64,000 nucleotides of DNA from Tubulanus polymorphus (GCF_964204645.1 NC_134035.1:3038001-3102000), one strand, 5' to 3'. Numbered from the stretch's first letter, positions 1 through 15,300 are shown. Numbers and translations: made by a program. Notes: generated from the sequence alone by a model not told the origin.

Positions 1-3000
1 GCATGAGCAGATCGCGCGCCTCTGTCGTCAACAACGGCGACACGACGCGGTTCGCCAGATCGTTCATCGAGTTTTTCGGGTCTTTGCTCGCGTCGACGAT
101 CAAGCTCAACGGCGTGAACAAGAAGTGAACTAGTTCCGGGGCGTTCGGGTCGTGAATGAACGGCTGAAGTCTTGCCTGAAATGAAACAACCGTATTGACA
201 TTCAAAACATAGTCTTCAATCAATGAATTCTGATGACCGATGAGTAACGATAACCCTGACTAAGAGGTTGGTTACATATTAGGACTGTGAGGCCACACCT
301 GCAAGTCATCAGACTTGTCTTATATTGTTAGATTTAGATTGGCCATAGAACCAAAAGACAGGTTTCAAATTTCTAGACTGGTTATAGTAACCAAAAAGAG
401 CTTAGACTGGTCTAAAGTTTAAAGATTGGCTTTACAACTAAGATGGGCTTAGACTTGTCTCAAGTTTTTAGATTGGTTATAGAACCAAAATGAGCTTAGA
501 CTGGTCTTAAGTTGTTAGATTGGCCTTAGAACCTAGATGAGTTTAACTGGCCTTAAAAATCGCTCTTCTTACCAACAAGTTGAAGGCGAGTTTAAACTTC
601 TTGAAAATGTCGACAAATTCTTCAACAGATGGCGGATGAGCCCTCCTAGATAAGATACCGTCTGTAAAAGGAAAAATGAACATGAACATTAACACAGTGC
701 GTCACCATAGTAATCTACCTTATAACAGAACTACACAAAACTAGAAATTCTGTAAGAGGTATCATTTTGTAAGCCTTATAAGAGATTTTTCTTTTATTTT
801 GCTACTTTTCTTTGTCTCATACGTCAAATTCTAGGTTATTTCAATGAATTTGTATCATATTGTTTAACCCTAATGATCAAAAGGTTGTATTTAAGCCACA
901 ATATAGCATATATAACAATGGGTGGACCACTACTTCGTCATGCAGAATATTTTACATAGAAAAATGAATCTTGCGAGTGCAGTTTACAATAACAAAATAT
1001 TCGTTAGCAATTTCATTCTTTCGGACTTTGACCAACAACGAAATAGTGTGTGATATGTGAAAAGTAATCGAAACTATTTCGATAGAGGAACCTAAAATGA
1101 GAATTTCCAAATACTCAAGTCAATCTGAAAAACACCAAACAACACAGAGAATAAACAAATTCCAAGTGGATTCAATCAAATCTTTTGGATCTGAAGGATG
1201 TTTTTAGATGTAGGTCTCAGTGGTGAACAGTCTACGCGATATATGTGCATGTGAATAAAAACCACTCATTCGACCATAATTCTAACAACTGATTTCATAT
1301 ACCGTAATCACCATCACTGATAAATTCATCTTCGTCCTTTTTGCTTTTAAATAAGGCTACAATGTAATACAATCAAACGTAATCTATTCAATTCTTAATT
1401 CTATTCTAAAAAAAAAAAACTGGTTGATTTACATAGATTTCAGCTCGTCATACGGGTATATCAAGGGCATACATAAGGACATATCACTTTTTTTAAACTA
1501 GTCCAACATGCCAGAAAAAGCCTCAATTCTACTTCTCAAACTTGGTAAATTTATATTTCAGTTGGTTTGCCTCTCAGGGTGTCCACTTAACCACACAACC
1601 AATGGATAAATACCACAGTAACAATAAACTTTTAATTGTCATTACGTCAACTATCCACTGGTTAACTCTAACAACCAACTTTTGACCAACTGCAGCCCCT
1701 AAACTACAAGCTACGCCTGGATCCTCACTAAGCGGAATCTGTGATTTCTACCGTGGTAACGGCATTTTCCCCTTTTCCACATTTCAAACGTTTTCCGCCA
1801 AGCCGCTCGATTCCGTACATACCTCCGATGGGTTTGGATCCTTTCTTTGCCGCTGTTTTGCCGCGTTTCTGTTTCCGTCGCATCAGCTCTTTGTACGCCT
1901 CGGCGGCCATTTGCAAACGTCCAACGAAGGTTTCGATGTCGTCGAAGCAATGATTCAGTATTTGCTGTCAAAATAGAAATGTTTTATCATCATTTCAAAG
2001 TAATTATTGCAGCAATTGACGATATACATATATATATATTCTAGGTAAAGGGCCCACAAAATTGAAGATTTACAATGAAAATATGTTACACGAACATTTT
2101 GCACTTAAAAATTGATACCTTGTTTCTCATTTCTGCTGAGCTTAAAAGTTTACCCGGCTGGCCGCCTATCTACCCTGTACGTTACTTCAAGAAATGAACT
2201 GATTCCAAATTTTATTGCCGTTGACACAACGACCTAAGGAACCAATTCCGCAGATGTGGGTTAAGATTTGACTCTAACTCACAACTGTGGAACTGGATCC
2301 AGCCAATTAGGAGAAACATCAGTAATATTTTTCTAGCCTTTGATATTCATTTGACGAAGATAGAAAAATTGAGTCTCGATCCCAACAAGTTTGAATCCCT
2401 TTCGAACGAAGACGACATTTAACAACCTGAAGACATCGCAGATGTGACACAAGTCAAGTCGACTGACCTGAAAATATGGCTCTACGAATGAATGTGCATC
2501 GACGTCAGTTCGATTAACAATACATTCTCCATCATTTAATTTAGTTCGTTTGCCACCATCTGGTTCATTTGTTTAATGTTCATTAAAGCCCTCAGCCCAC
2601 TCAAGCGAACTGAATGCCTAACCTAGGTGGTATTCATCGAATTTAATGAATAGGGATTTTATATAAACTCAACTAAACATTTACGGAATTATACTAACAA
2701 TAAGAGACTGAATGATTTGTATATATTTCTATTAGAAGTTATATAATCATGTATGGTTGAAAAATGTTAACTTTTCTCATACTGTCTTATTAAGACATAT
2801 TTGAGATTGTCGAATGAACTGCTAAATTGTTCAAAATGAAAACCCACTACCCACAAATCTAAAACATCAATAACGAAAATGTCAATCTATTCAACACCTG
2901 ACAATAGTGTCTAGAGAGACTCTGAAACGTTGGAGTTTCCAGAGTGAGTGCAAACGTTGTCTTTTAGTCTTCTAGAGAGTTCCAAAGCATTGTCTTTAGT

Positions 3001-6000
3001 CTCTAGAGAATCCAAAAAGTGGTCTTTGCATTTATAGAGTCTGAAATGTTGGAGTCTCTGGAGAGTCCGAAACATTGTCTTTGAATTTCTAGAGAGAGTC
3101 CAAAAGGTTGTCTTTGAGTCTTTAGAGAGAGTATGAAACATTGTGTTTGAATTTTTCATTTCAATTTCAATTCTTGATTTCATCTTTAACCTTCTAAATT
3201 TGCATATAGTGAATATAATGATATTCCCCACGTCTGGGAGTACAGGGCTATTCTAATGTAAACTGATGAACTTTTTGGATTTGTTTTTCTTCTGTGTTGA
3301 AGCATTCTATTGTACATATTCGTTTTAGGGTCCATAGATGAAATACTTCCATGTTTAAGATGAAAGACTTCCATGTTATAGATAGAGAGAAGACCATGTT
3401 TCAGATGAAAGATTTCCATGTTCTAGATGAAAGGTTTCCATGTTATCGATGAAATAATTCCATCTTTTAGATGAAAGATTTCCATGTTTCCGATGAAAGA
3501 TCTACATGTTTTAGATGAAAGATTTACATGTTTTAGATGAAAGATTTACATGTTATAGATGAAAGACTTCCATGTTTTAGAAGAAAGACTTCCATGTTTT
3601 AGAAAGAAAGAACTGTTCAAAATCATCAAATTCTGATTATATGATTTACATTAAAGCTAATACGAACAACACTTGTTTCGTCTATGAATAATATAACATT
3701 GTGCGAATTAAGACATCATCAACAATAAAACGAAATCTATACATATCAACATTTCTGAAACACGCATGCATCTCGAACAATTCAACAACAAAATGGCCGA
3801 TGACGACACTTTATCGCGCGCATGGGAAACTATTCCTCGATGAAAAAAATGTCGAACATTTCTAAGCAAAACTTGAAGAGAAAAAAAATCAACAAGAACA
3901 AGTACAACAAGAGAGATTACGCTAATCAACGCTATGGGCAACGCTAAGTGTCCAGAATCAGGGAAATAGAAGGTTTATCCAAATATATGTCAGTAATTCA
4001 TTTGGAAGGAGTCTACCGTAGTGAAATGTAATATACTTTTTCAATATTTTGCTGAACCGAAAGACGGCAGAGTCAGCTTTTCAAGTTCCATACGAAGACT
4101 TTGCGTCGTTTCAATTTTCGATGATTTATGTGACGCATCACAAGGTCGCACTTTAGTCGTTTATTCATTTCGTGGACCCCGAATTCAATACCAACGGCAC
4201 AGCTTTTTATAAACTAGCCAAAGTCACCTCATGAATCAAAAAAAAGAATAAGGTCAGGTCACAGTAAGTAGAGCTGTTCAGAGCACGCCTCGTAAAGCAC
4301 CTGAAATCACGTTTTCCAAAAGCTGAAGTGAAATAAGAAGCCGGCTGGCAGAACGGAATGGGGAAAAATTTTAAAAAATAGGATATGAATTTCAGACTTG
4401 GTAAAGGTGACAATATTGACAAGCGAGGATCTGCCAAACTAGAGGCATTTTTGTGAGGCAATTCGATATAAGCCCCGATATATGGTATCTGGATCATATT
4501 ACTTACTTTAACTGAAAATACAAAGTTTGGGGCCCAGGTAGACTATGTTAGCTGTAACAAAAGGGTTAACTGGAGTCAATATTCAAGACAATTAAGTTAA
4601 ACCACAGGTTAAAGTCATTACCAATCTATACAACCAGCACACAGGGGTAAACTCAATTCAAAGTCAATTCAGTTAGCGAGTGCCTAAGATAAAGTCTCGT
4701 CTACGAATCCAGCCCCTAGAACATTTCTAGACTGGTGTTGACTCGAACACGGGTTCATGTTGAGCAACACCAGTCTACAAAACCCTGGCATTTTATATAC
4801 AAGTATGCTATCAAAACCCCACGTCCCATCGAGAAGTACTTAGATATACACATATTAGACACATCAAAACACTCATTCAGTTATTGCACTGGAAAAGACA
4901 CTCGATCGGCGATGAAAAGTGACACGGAAATATTGCGCTAGATACGTAAACAGAATTAGTTACGAAAATATTACGTAGTCATTTTAGAAATACGCGTCAC
5001 TATCGAAAGAGATCGCGGATACTGTTAAATCGGACGAACAGGAAATGAAAGAAGTGAATGAAATACGCAAACGAATTATGACGAAAAAAAAAAACGGAGA
5101 AAATAATAAGTAACATGTAATAATTCTGTAGTTGGTGAGCCCGGCGCGGAGCCGTTGAATAAAGTGAATACCTTGTCTTTCGGTCGCGGACGAGAATCTA
5201 TGTCCTACAATCGTATTCGATTATAACAGAGAGAAGAAAAACTTGCTTTTAATTTTACATATGTTTTTGCATATCGTAAATTTTTCAACACGCTTTAAAT
5301 GCATTTTTTTCAATAGTTAAACGATGGCGCTTCAGAGAGGAATGGACAAGGGTCATTCTTTTCAGTCAGTTTAAAGGTGCGTTCACACTATCACTAGTTC
5401 TAAATTTCGAAAGGACCTGGATCAAGTTGTCCCAAATTGGAACGGTCTAAAATGGAACGGACCAATTTCGAACGGACTCTCAGCTAGTGAGAACGCTTGG
5501 TCCATTCTTAATTGGAACTGGCCAATTTCAGACCGTTCTATATAACATAGTGTGAACAGGGCTTAAATTGGTCTGTTTCAAAACGAAATGGACCAATTCA
5601 GAACGGACTTACCACTAGCATGAACGCTAAGTCTGTTCTAAATTGGACTGGACTAAATTGAGAATCTTCTAAATGACGTAGTTTAAACATGCTTTATAGA
5701 CTGTGCTTTGTTTTACACCCTGTGTTCAATAAGATATTGTTCAATATTTTTAGAACAAAAATTTAAGAATATCTAATCTACACAGGGCGACAGCTTGATG
5801 CGGAGTCGGCTGCTTTGGATTATCGCGTGCCCGTTATGACGATATTTTCAAATGTTCCGACACCAAATGATAAGAGGCGCCCAGAACATCCGAGGCACAA
5901 GCGGAGTCTACTGCACTTAAGAAGTATTCGAATGGATCTCGAATGAAACGACATAGCGAAACGCATGAGAGGATTAATTGAACAAAATTTGATAAAAAAT

Positions 6001-9000
6001 TGAAAACCCGGTAAGCGATGAATCGGACAAAATTGAAAAAGAAGAAAATATACGAAATAAACTTTTCATAAAATGTACCTCGTTGAATCGGCGTATTTTC
6101 TATCAAAACGGATCAATTTTCGTTATAAAAAAGATTCGGGTCATTTAATATTTCACGATTAACGGACGTTTTCGCGACGTGGACGCATGGTCCGGAAATT
6201 GGGATGGACTAAATCTAGAGCTATATTCTCGTGTTCGGTACGTACCACGTCTTTCTCAGTGCGATCACTGAGCACCGATTCAGCGTCTTCCTCGCGACGA
6301 CTTCTCATTCTACCCGGATCTGAAAATAGCGCGAGAAATTAATTAGCGAAATTTAACTCAACGGTCGAAAGTTTGTGTTTTAATTCAGAAATGGACTCTG
6401 CGTAAAAAATATTCATCTTGGCCAGTTTTCCTGAGGGTAACTATTATGATTAACTGGTTTTAGTTTTCTCTACACTTTTTTGTATAATATGTAAAGCCAA
6501 TGAGTATATTTCATATGTATTCTAGGCTGAATGATAATATTGATAATGATAATCATTATTATCATCATCATTTAATAGATGAAACATGAAATAAACTTCA
6601 CGCTCAAGAAACTTTTTGGATTTGTTTTTCTTTTGTGTTGAAGCATTCTATTGTACATATACGTTTTAGGGTCCATAGATGAAAGACTTCCATGTTATAA
6701 ATAGAAAGATTTCCATGTTTTAGATGAAAGGTTCCCATGTTATAGATGGAAGGTTTCCATGTTATCGATGAAAGATTTACATTTTTTAGATGAAAGATTT
6801 CCATGTTTCAGATGAAAGATTTCCATGCTTTAGATGAAAGACTTCCATGTTTTAGATGAAAGATTTCCATGTTTTAGATGAATGACTTCCATGTTATAGA
6901 TGAAAGACTTCCATGTTTTAGATGAAAGATTTCCATGTTTTAGATGAAAGATTTCCATGTTATCGATGAAAGATTTCCATGTTATCGATGAAAGATTTCC
7001 ATGTTTAAGACGAAAGATATCCCGTGTAATAGATGAAACATTTTTTCTGTAACGCCTAATTGATTTATTCGCTGTCAAACAACGAGGCACGTCTATTATA
7101 CCATGGTCACTACGGATACACAGCTGTGTAACATCTCTTCCGATAAAACCGATTCATCAATAAAATGTTCGACTTGACGATTCAACAAGGGGGAAATTTG
7201 AGGAAATAATCATTAGGCGGGAGACTTGAAGCCGCGATCACGCAGAGACGACCCTGCCTACATAAATCCTGATTTGGCCCTGACCAAACCTGAATCAAAT
7301 ATAGCCCACGCTAAATTAGAGAAAGCATTCACGCGTAGATCACTCATTCTAAACCCTACTGTGGCTAGTGAGGTGAGTTACTTCCAGAATTTGACCTGGG
7401 CTGAAATTTGTCATGTGCCTAGGTCTCAAGTTTTTGGTCAGGCCAATAAGTTCAGCCCATGTTCTGGACCTATTTGGCACCGATGTGACCCATGCTTAAT
7501 TTGGCCCAGGTCAAAAACGCTTGTTTGATCGCGGCTTTAGTGCGTAGAAAAATAACAAAGCATATGAGTTGTATAAATAAAGCAGAACGAAGGCTTTTCC
7601 TAATTAGCAGAAACACTTCGATTTTCGATTTCGACTTACCAGCAGCCATTGCATTGAAACTAGATATCCGATCGCGAACTCTTAGATCGCCGTTCGACGG
7701 CGGATGAGGGGCCGGATCTCTGGGCGGCGGGGGAATGTAACTGACGGCGCTGAAAATCAAACAATATGTCTATATATTCAACAACTGACACAACAACGTG
7801 TGACCGTCACAGACAGAGAGCGACAATGAGAGATGGCTTTAGTGAAATACCTATACACTCTCACTATATACACTTACACCGTTGTAATCTATAACAATGT
7901 AAACATATCGCGACCATGAACTGATTAATCTCTCGATAAAATTCATAAGCAAATATATATATATAGCATAGTGGCATCGAATATGTGTATAATATGCAAA
8001 TTTTCTCCTGTCGAAATAGTCGACGGTATTTCGAGAAATTCTTAGCAGACGCCGCCACAACCTGAGTCGGAGCCAACCACCCCAACGTTATGATTTGGAT
8101 GTTACAGAACTATGTTTGTGTTAAACATGGCTTCAGGGGAGCTAGTTGCATAGTAGCTAGTCACGGCTTGGACTTAAGGTCAATCTAAGACCAACCTAGT
8201 TCAATAGTCGATTTAACAACTTAAAACCAGTCTTAAGGTTTAGGACCACTTTTTGGCTTAATCATTTGTTTTGAATATAAAACAGTTGAACAGTCATAAC
8301 TTCAAAACACTCTTAGTTTCACATATAAAACATGGCTCAACTCATATCAGATCGTATTTCATTTGAGAGATGATCATATAGATGGATATAGACAATCAGA
8401 AATCTTAATGCTTTTCAAAATTTGTAACATCGTTTTTTCACTGTGATACAACTTCTGATTTACCGTTATAAGACTTACCTTTGGGAAGTTGTGACTTGCT
8501 TTGATCTGTTTATTGCTTCTACAGCATCTTGAGCCTAAAAATACAAATACAAACAAAATCATGCGATTAGGAATGTAGTAATTCTATCTCATATGCATCA
8601 AGATGGCGCCGATTTTGATTTGTCATGTGATCCTGCTCGTTGTCAATGGTTGGTTAATGTGCGCCAGTGTTTCTTGTTTAATTACTTGTGACACAGCAAT
8701 TGAAACAACATTCCTTACAGTACACAGTACGCCTGATGATGGCTAACAGTTGTTAGCCGAAACGTCGCTCCTCAAATACAATCATTCTGATATAGAATTT
8801 TTCAGTCTTGGCTTCGTTATTGTGGGATTTCTCTTGTTCCTTGAAACCAATGTAACAATTTCGCGAAAAAACGTTTCTATTAAGCAGTCGACAGTATTCC
8901 CTGTTCAGGAGCGATGCACCTAGTCATAGTCAGCACCGCACATAGTCATGAAACAAACGAGAAACATTTGCGTTTCATGTTCTATTTCATGCTGCCCATG

Positions 9001-9284
9001 TGTAAGCTTTACCCAATATCTTATTTCTGTCATTTATCGATACCAATTTGATCTCCTTTATTCAATAGTTCAAATGGCAACTAAGGCTACGGCAATGTGA
9101 TAACGTTATAACATTACCGACACAGTTTGACGACAGTTCGAGGGCGAAGACAAAAATCGAGTTCGGAGTCAAACGTTTGACATCGATTCGATATGTACAT
9201 GTCGGCGAAAGGGTGTGTACCCACATAGCACAGTCATTACTACATACTACAGCAGCTGCTGCTGCCACAGTTATAGACTAATAT

Positions 9285-9355
<71 letters not shown>

Positions 9356-12300
9356 TTATATATTTAAGTAAATGGTACCGTGAATCAATGACAAAATGTT
9401 TAGCGCTGAAAAGAAGCGTAGCTATATCGTATATATTCAATCAGTAGAAATGTAAGCGTGAAAAAAAAAGCATAAATTGAATGAGATTGACTTTGAATCG
9501 ACCCCCTGATCCGTTCTCTTCCATCTCAGCTGAATGAGAGTGATCAGCGTTGGGTGAAAACGTACTCGGATGACCGACACGCCGTTGACCCCGCGTAAGA
9601 ACGCCTCTTTTTATCGAGGACGAACTGGTTGGAAAGCGATCTACATAAACAGCCATAAATAAACCTAAATAGACGTGACGAACTAAAGCCCTTCGAAGCT
9701 CTCTACAATGAATTCATATAATTTATCGTATTGAATACGACGATTTAGCGAACCTAAGATTATATACCAAATTAGGGAATTCGAAATATTCAAATATAGC
9801 GGCTAAGCGAGGATGGGTTTTCTCCTGTGTTGCTAATGAATCTATCGGTAATTTCATGCTGGTTCATTTTTACTGTCCAAAAAGATCTGATGTACTACGC
9901 TCCAAAAAGCCTTGACTAGCGTTTTCCAAATGATGGCATCTTAAGTAAGGCTGCTGCTGAAGTTGTAAGGCTTTTGATACCCCGACCCCCCACGAAAAAA
10001 TACTGAAACTCTTCCATGTAAGCGGTGGCTAACCCTCTTACACCTGTTGTCAAGAACACAGGCCTATAATACTTTAGAGCAATACTATCTAATGCTTTGG
10101 ATAAGCTACTGGTACGCATTGAGAATCTAAGCATTATGCAGCGATAAGATGGGTGTGGTCAGAAAAACCTGCAGACTGATTAATCCTATTCTCAAATCAA
10201 TAAGAGCCTAATGTCTATTCCATCTAGGTCTATATGACATGTACTGTTTCACAAATCTTTATTGCTATTACAGGGTGGTCACTTTCCGCCCATTTACAAA
10301 TCCCCTTAGTTTTCCCTGAATTTTCCATGTGATTACGCAAATTCCCTGAGAGTGAATCAGAGAAATTTTTAGGTCAAAATATTACAATTCATCCATCTTT
10401 CATTGAATCTTGACTGATAAGAAACATGTGGTCAATTAGCAGTATCCAATTTCCCTGAGTTTTTAGGTTTTTGGTAAAATTTGTCGAATTCCATGAGTTT
10501 TCCCTGATTTTTTTCTAGATTTCTGATTTCTGAGTTTTCCAGGTCAGTGACCACCACCCTGTAGGTACCAGTAGCCAGCGTTGATTTTATGGGAATCTAC
10601 CAGCTATCGTTCCATATGTTTTTATATGTTTTTACAAATTCATAGTGATACTTCATGTAGTTTGGTAGTGCGTAATTTGTTGAGACGTTGTTTTTTATCG
10701 GCATGTCAATTTCCTTTAATTGAATCAGGAAGTCGCTTGTCTACCAGGCACGTGAAAACCCACAAATATCAACCACTTTCTCTTTCTCTCTCCCTCTCTC
10801 TCTGTTCATGAATATATTCAAACAGTAAATAATGACTCGCAGATTATTACCAGTCTAAAGCCTATTAGTACACACGTTTCGGTTTGAATTACAACATGAA
10901 AACCAGTTCCATGATTCTGAGTCAGAATAAACGGATTAGAATTAATTTTTCTATTCATTCCATAAAAGTTGAAATTCTACCTCTAAAACAGTGACTCTTA
11001 TTAAAGATTCAAATACCTCTTCAGGTTATAGGTCGCGGCTACATTACTGGAATCCTAATCTATGGATCCCAGTTAAGATTATACTACTAAAGAAAAAATT
11101 TCAATTCTTTCTCAATTTCGAGTAAAATCACAAACTGCGTTTACCAAACCGAGCGTCGATATGGAAATACCACACTCCTAAACCACGCCATAATGGCCAC
11201 TTTCCACCCATTCACAAATTCCCAGAATTTTGCCCTGATTTTTTCATGTGATTTTACAACATTCCCCGAGAGTGAATCAGAGAAATTTCTAGGTTTAAAA
11301 TGTTATGATTCATTCATTTTTCATTGAATCACGTATTGATAAAGAAACACATGGTCAATAGCATTATCCAAATTCCCAGAGTTTTCCAGATTTTTGGTAA
11401 AATCCGTCAAATTCCAGCAAGTTTTCCATGAATTTTTTCCTAGATTTTTATGATCCCACGCAAGTTTTCCAGGTCAGTGGCCACCGTATCCAAAATGAGT
11501 CAAATTTAAATTCTTTCTCAAGCGAAATCTAAAACCGCGCCTCGCTACCGAAACCCTATATTCCTCAACCACACGAATAAAATCGACGTAGTGCGAAAAC
11601 AAACCTTTTTTCAACTAGTATCCATGTCATAAATTCCATTCACGCACGATTTTCAAGACGATATCAAATCATCGCGTCTAAACGACGGAGGAGTAATATC
11701 GTCGAGGAATCTCTGTAAATCTTGTATAGTGGTTTACGTAATCAAACCCTACTACTGTCGTCGTCAGGACAGAACCGTACTGACTGTAAGCCTGCTCTAT
11801 TATAAAATGGTACACGCAATCGCTATACTATACTATACTAAACGTATATTTGCTGTATAACTGAATGTATTTAATTCACTGCGCAGCTGAACATATGTTT
11901 GATTTTTTTCCCTCCGATTCGATCAATGGCTTTCTTTCAAACCCGGAAGCCACAAAAGTCGCGCTCGCCGAGGAAAATTTATCGTTTTCGTCGATTTTAT
12001 TTACGTAAGGAATGCGGGCGCCATAAATTTCGAAATTCATCATTTTTCCTCAAACGCTATAGTCTCGAAAATACCGCGCGCGACGCGGTAGAAATAAGAT
12101 CGCGACGAAAATTACGAACTCGCGTAATTAACTTCCCGCTAACATTATAATCGATCGGATCGATATAGGCAGATGTCGCGCGCTGTAGTTAAATATATAT
12201 ACAAATCTGAAATATCGCCCCAGCCACCCCCCTCTCAAACACCCCATCCCCCACGAGTGTTTTAGCCCTGTAAATTAATCATTGTGTATCATTATAATTG

Positions 12301-15300
12301 ATGCTTTTAAACGGGAAGAGGTTCCGGTAATTAAATATTGAAAGTTACTCCATGTGTTTATACATATATACAAATACCACTTTGTAGACCATATATTATT
12401 ATCAGTATTCATGAACACAGTTATTGTGAGATAATGATTTATGGCAGAATGGCTTTGAATTATTGATACGCGTTTATCTATAACGAATATGCTGAAAACG
12501 AAATCTCGCAATCAAACGCTAAAATCTAAGAATTTGAAAAGTTTATTGAGATCGCAGCTGTTTTTTTTTTGAAAAGCAAGCCTGCAACCATCAGCTGAAA
12601 CACTGCTCTTAACTCTGGACTAATACCCTGAAGTCCTAAAATGATTTGAAAAATTCCAACTCAGTGTGTTGCATAATGGCAATACTGCTAGTGCATCTAC
12701 ACTGTGGTGCGGTGTATTGTTTGTTACTGATATTTCACTATGTTTGACAAGTGCTGCCATCTTTCGATAGAGTTAAATTACACCAATTACCAATTACTAA
12801 TTACACCAATACACAAAGTGTTGTACAAGCAAAGTCCCTCGCAGATTTATACGCCGCACTGCGGTGTTTACGCACTGAAAGGGTTAAACTTTCATTTCTT
12901 CTAAAAGAAAATTGAAACCGCAGCCGAATAACAACAGAAAAAAACGAATCATAAATTGACGAAAGCTTCGACCGCGCGACGCCGCGTTTAAACAATCGCT
13001 ATGGAAACAAGCACTTCAACCGACGTCGGTGTATAGTAAATGAATTTCAAATACGCGTTAAAACATTTAACAGAGCTCACGAAATTACACGTATCGAATA
13101 CGCACGCAAAACGATTGTTTACGGTCTTTTTATATGTCGATGATTGTTTCTTATTCTGTGGTACGTATAGCTTTCATACCGAACACCGAACGAGATGACG
13201 ACCTGTTCGCAGGGTCAAAATCGGCCATTTCTTCTTATGTACCTAAAATTTGTATCATACCTATCCAATTTGGCCCGTGTCTAAAAAGAGAGCGCGTTCA
13301 CGCGTAAACCACTTAACAAAGCGAAGTGAATCACTTACAAAACCAGTTACAATTCACATGCAAGAATTTGACCCGTGCTAAAATTTGGTTCGGATCTGGT
13401 CCAACATTTTGCGTCTGGCCTAATTAGGCACTAACCAAGAACGCTTGTGCGATTGCAGCTTACGCGGATATTTCTCTCCGTCCAAAAAAGATCTAATACT
13501 TGATCATTACGCAGTACTTTTCGGGATCGGCCTTCGAATAGAAAAAAAAACTCATCTTCAAGAACCTATTTACTTACATGCGCTATACAATATGCGCCAT
13601 ACAAGTTTTGAATGATGATGAATTTTGAGCTTACATTGGTATCTTTGTAGAGGACCCTTGATTACCTGGTGTATAGAATTAGTAATACGAGACAGAAAGT
13701 ACGCGATAGGTTAACTCGTTTATTTGAAGTACGGGAGAGCTTTCTCTGTCGACGTATCTTACATAAACTAGTTAACCTATAAAGTATCAACCATCTTGTT
13801 TTACTAAGCTTTACAAATTGGGTACATGACATGGAAAAATGTGAATCAGGGTCATACCTCAGACTGTAGGAGCGCGTTGTTGAAATGTCTCGATAGCTAT
13901 CTGATTAGACACTAACAATTAAGTACACGTTCATGTCTTACATGTTGAGTGTTGCCCAAGCGAGAATAAATCATTATTATAATATGTAATCCTTAACAAT
14001 TTTGTTTACGCGAATTCATGCCAGAGGTTATATCATACATTATAGGTAGCATACCTGTGTGCGCACGTACGCTTCAACAAATATAAATATTTCAAATTCA
14101 AACAATAAAACAGCTCAACCCTTTCAGTGCGGACTTATTGGAGATTATTTGAAAATTCATAAAATTCCATCCCAGTGTTGAATAACCAGCATACTGCTTT
14201 AGTGCATCTACACTGTGGTGCGGTGCATTGCTAGTTACTACTACTTCACTACTTCATGTTAGACGGGTGCTGCCATCTTTCAATTCAGATAAAAACTAAT
14301 GACTTATAACATCAATACACCACGATGCAGTGTACAAGCAAAGTCAAACTCTGATCTATACATCGCACCGAGGTGTAGACACACTGAAATGGTTATTAAA
14401 TGATAAATCCATTGAATTCCTTCATTGATTTCAGTGTTGAATGTAATTTAGGAGTTAATTTAAAACCCTCAAACCCTTGGTACCACTCAGGCCATGTTTC
14501 AATAAGCAGATTCAACGTTTTCTTCGCCATATCATCTTTCAAGGAGTGGACCAACAGTTAACTGGGAAACGAAAAGTCTTGCTCAGGAAATGCCTACTTA
14601 AAGCACCCTCTATATTTAGAATTCTTAACCGATACTCTATCATTCGGTAAACTGCGCGGTTAAGTATTTAATTTCATCGTATTAATCATTAAATTAACGG
14701 CTGATATATTCGCCATATGGTTCTTATTACCACGCATAGGGACATTAATAACGTAGTGAGGCAATTAAGAAGTCTTTAATTATTACCGCCCTGCATAGCT
14801 ATGACCACAGGTGCCTATGAAATAACAATAGGTAGGAAAATATAGACTGATAGTAATCTGTGTATTGACCGTAAACAGTATTTACAGGGGTATTCACAAG
14901 TGTGCCATCTACCCCTGTCCCCATCGAGGCGTATGTACTTTATAGCCGCATTCACACTACGTTATTCAGAACGGTCTAAATTTAGTCTGTGCCAATTTAG
15001 AACTGACAAAACCTTTCGCACAAGAAATCTCTTCTTAATTGGTTCATTCGATTTTCGAACGGACCAAAAGACTGATCCGGGTCGGTTCTATATTTTAGGA
15101 CAGACTACTTCCAGGAATATGAACTTTGCTATAATTGCCTATCAATCACGGTGTTGTGTCTAGCTGGACCAGTGATTATGGCTCATTTTACAGATGCGTC
15201 TGAACACAAAGCCTTAATTTAGTCCGGTCTAAATTGGTCAGTTCTAAGTACAACCCCTAATTTGAACGGACTAACCAGTGATAGCGCTTATGGATTAATC

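Noticed and set aside
3340-3605. Regular short repeats resembling a CRISPR array
   Set aside because: Units are head-to-tail with no unique spacers, no cas genes are present, and the context is a eukaryotic intron.
2911-7090. ORFs with repetitive peptides (MEIFHLKHG.., KTMFRTL..)
   Set aside because: They are translations of the 22-bp and 30-bp tandem repeats.
9565-9640. Exon-like segment with acceptor and donor on the minus strand in the EPS8 intron
   Set aside because: It has a stop codon in the phase required by the flanking EPS8 exons, and no homology was recognised.
9860-10180. ORF 9916-10134, possibly a decayed LINE 3' fragment
   Set aside because: Similarity is too weak to call by eye; no RT motifs.
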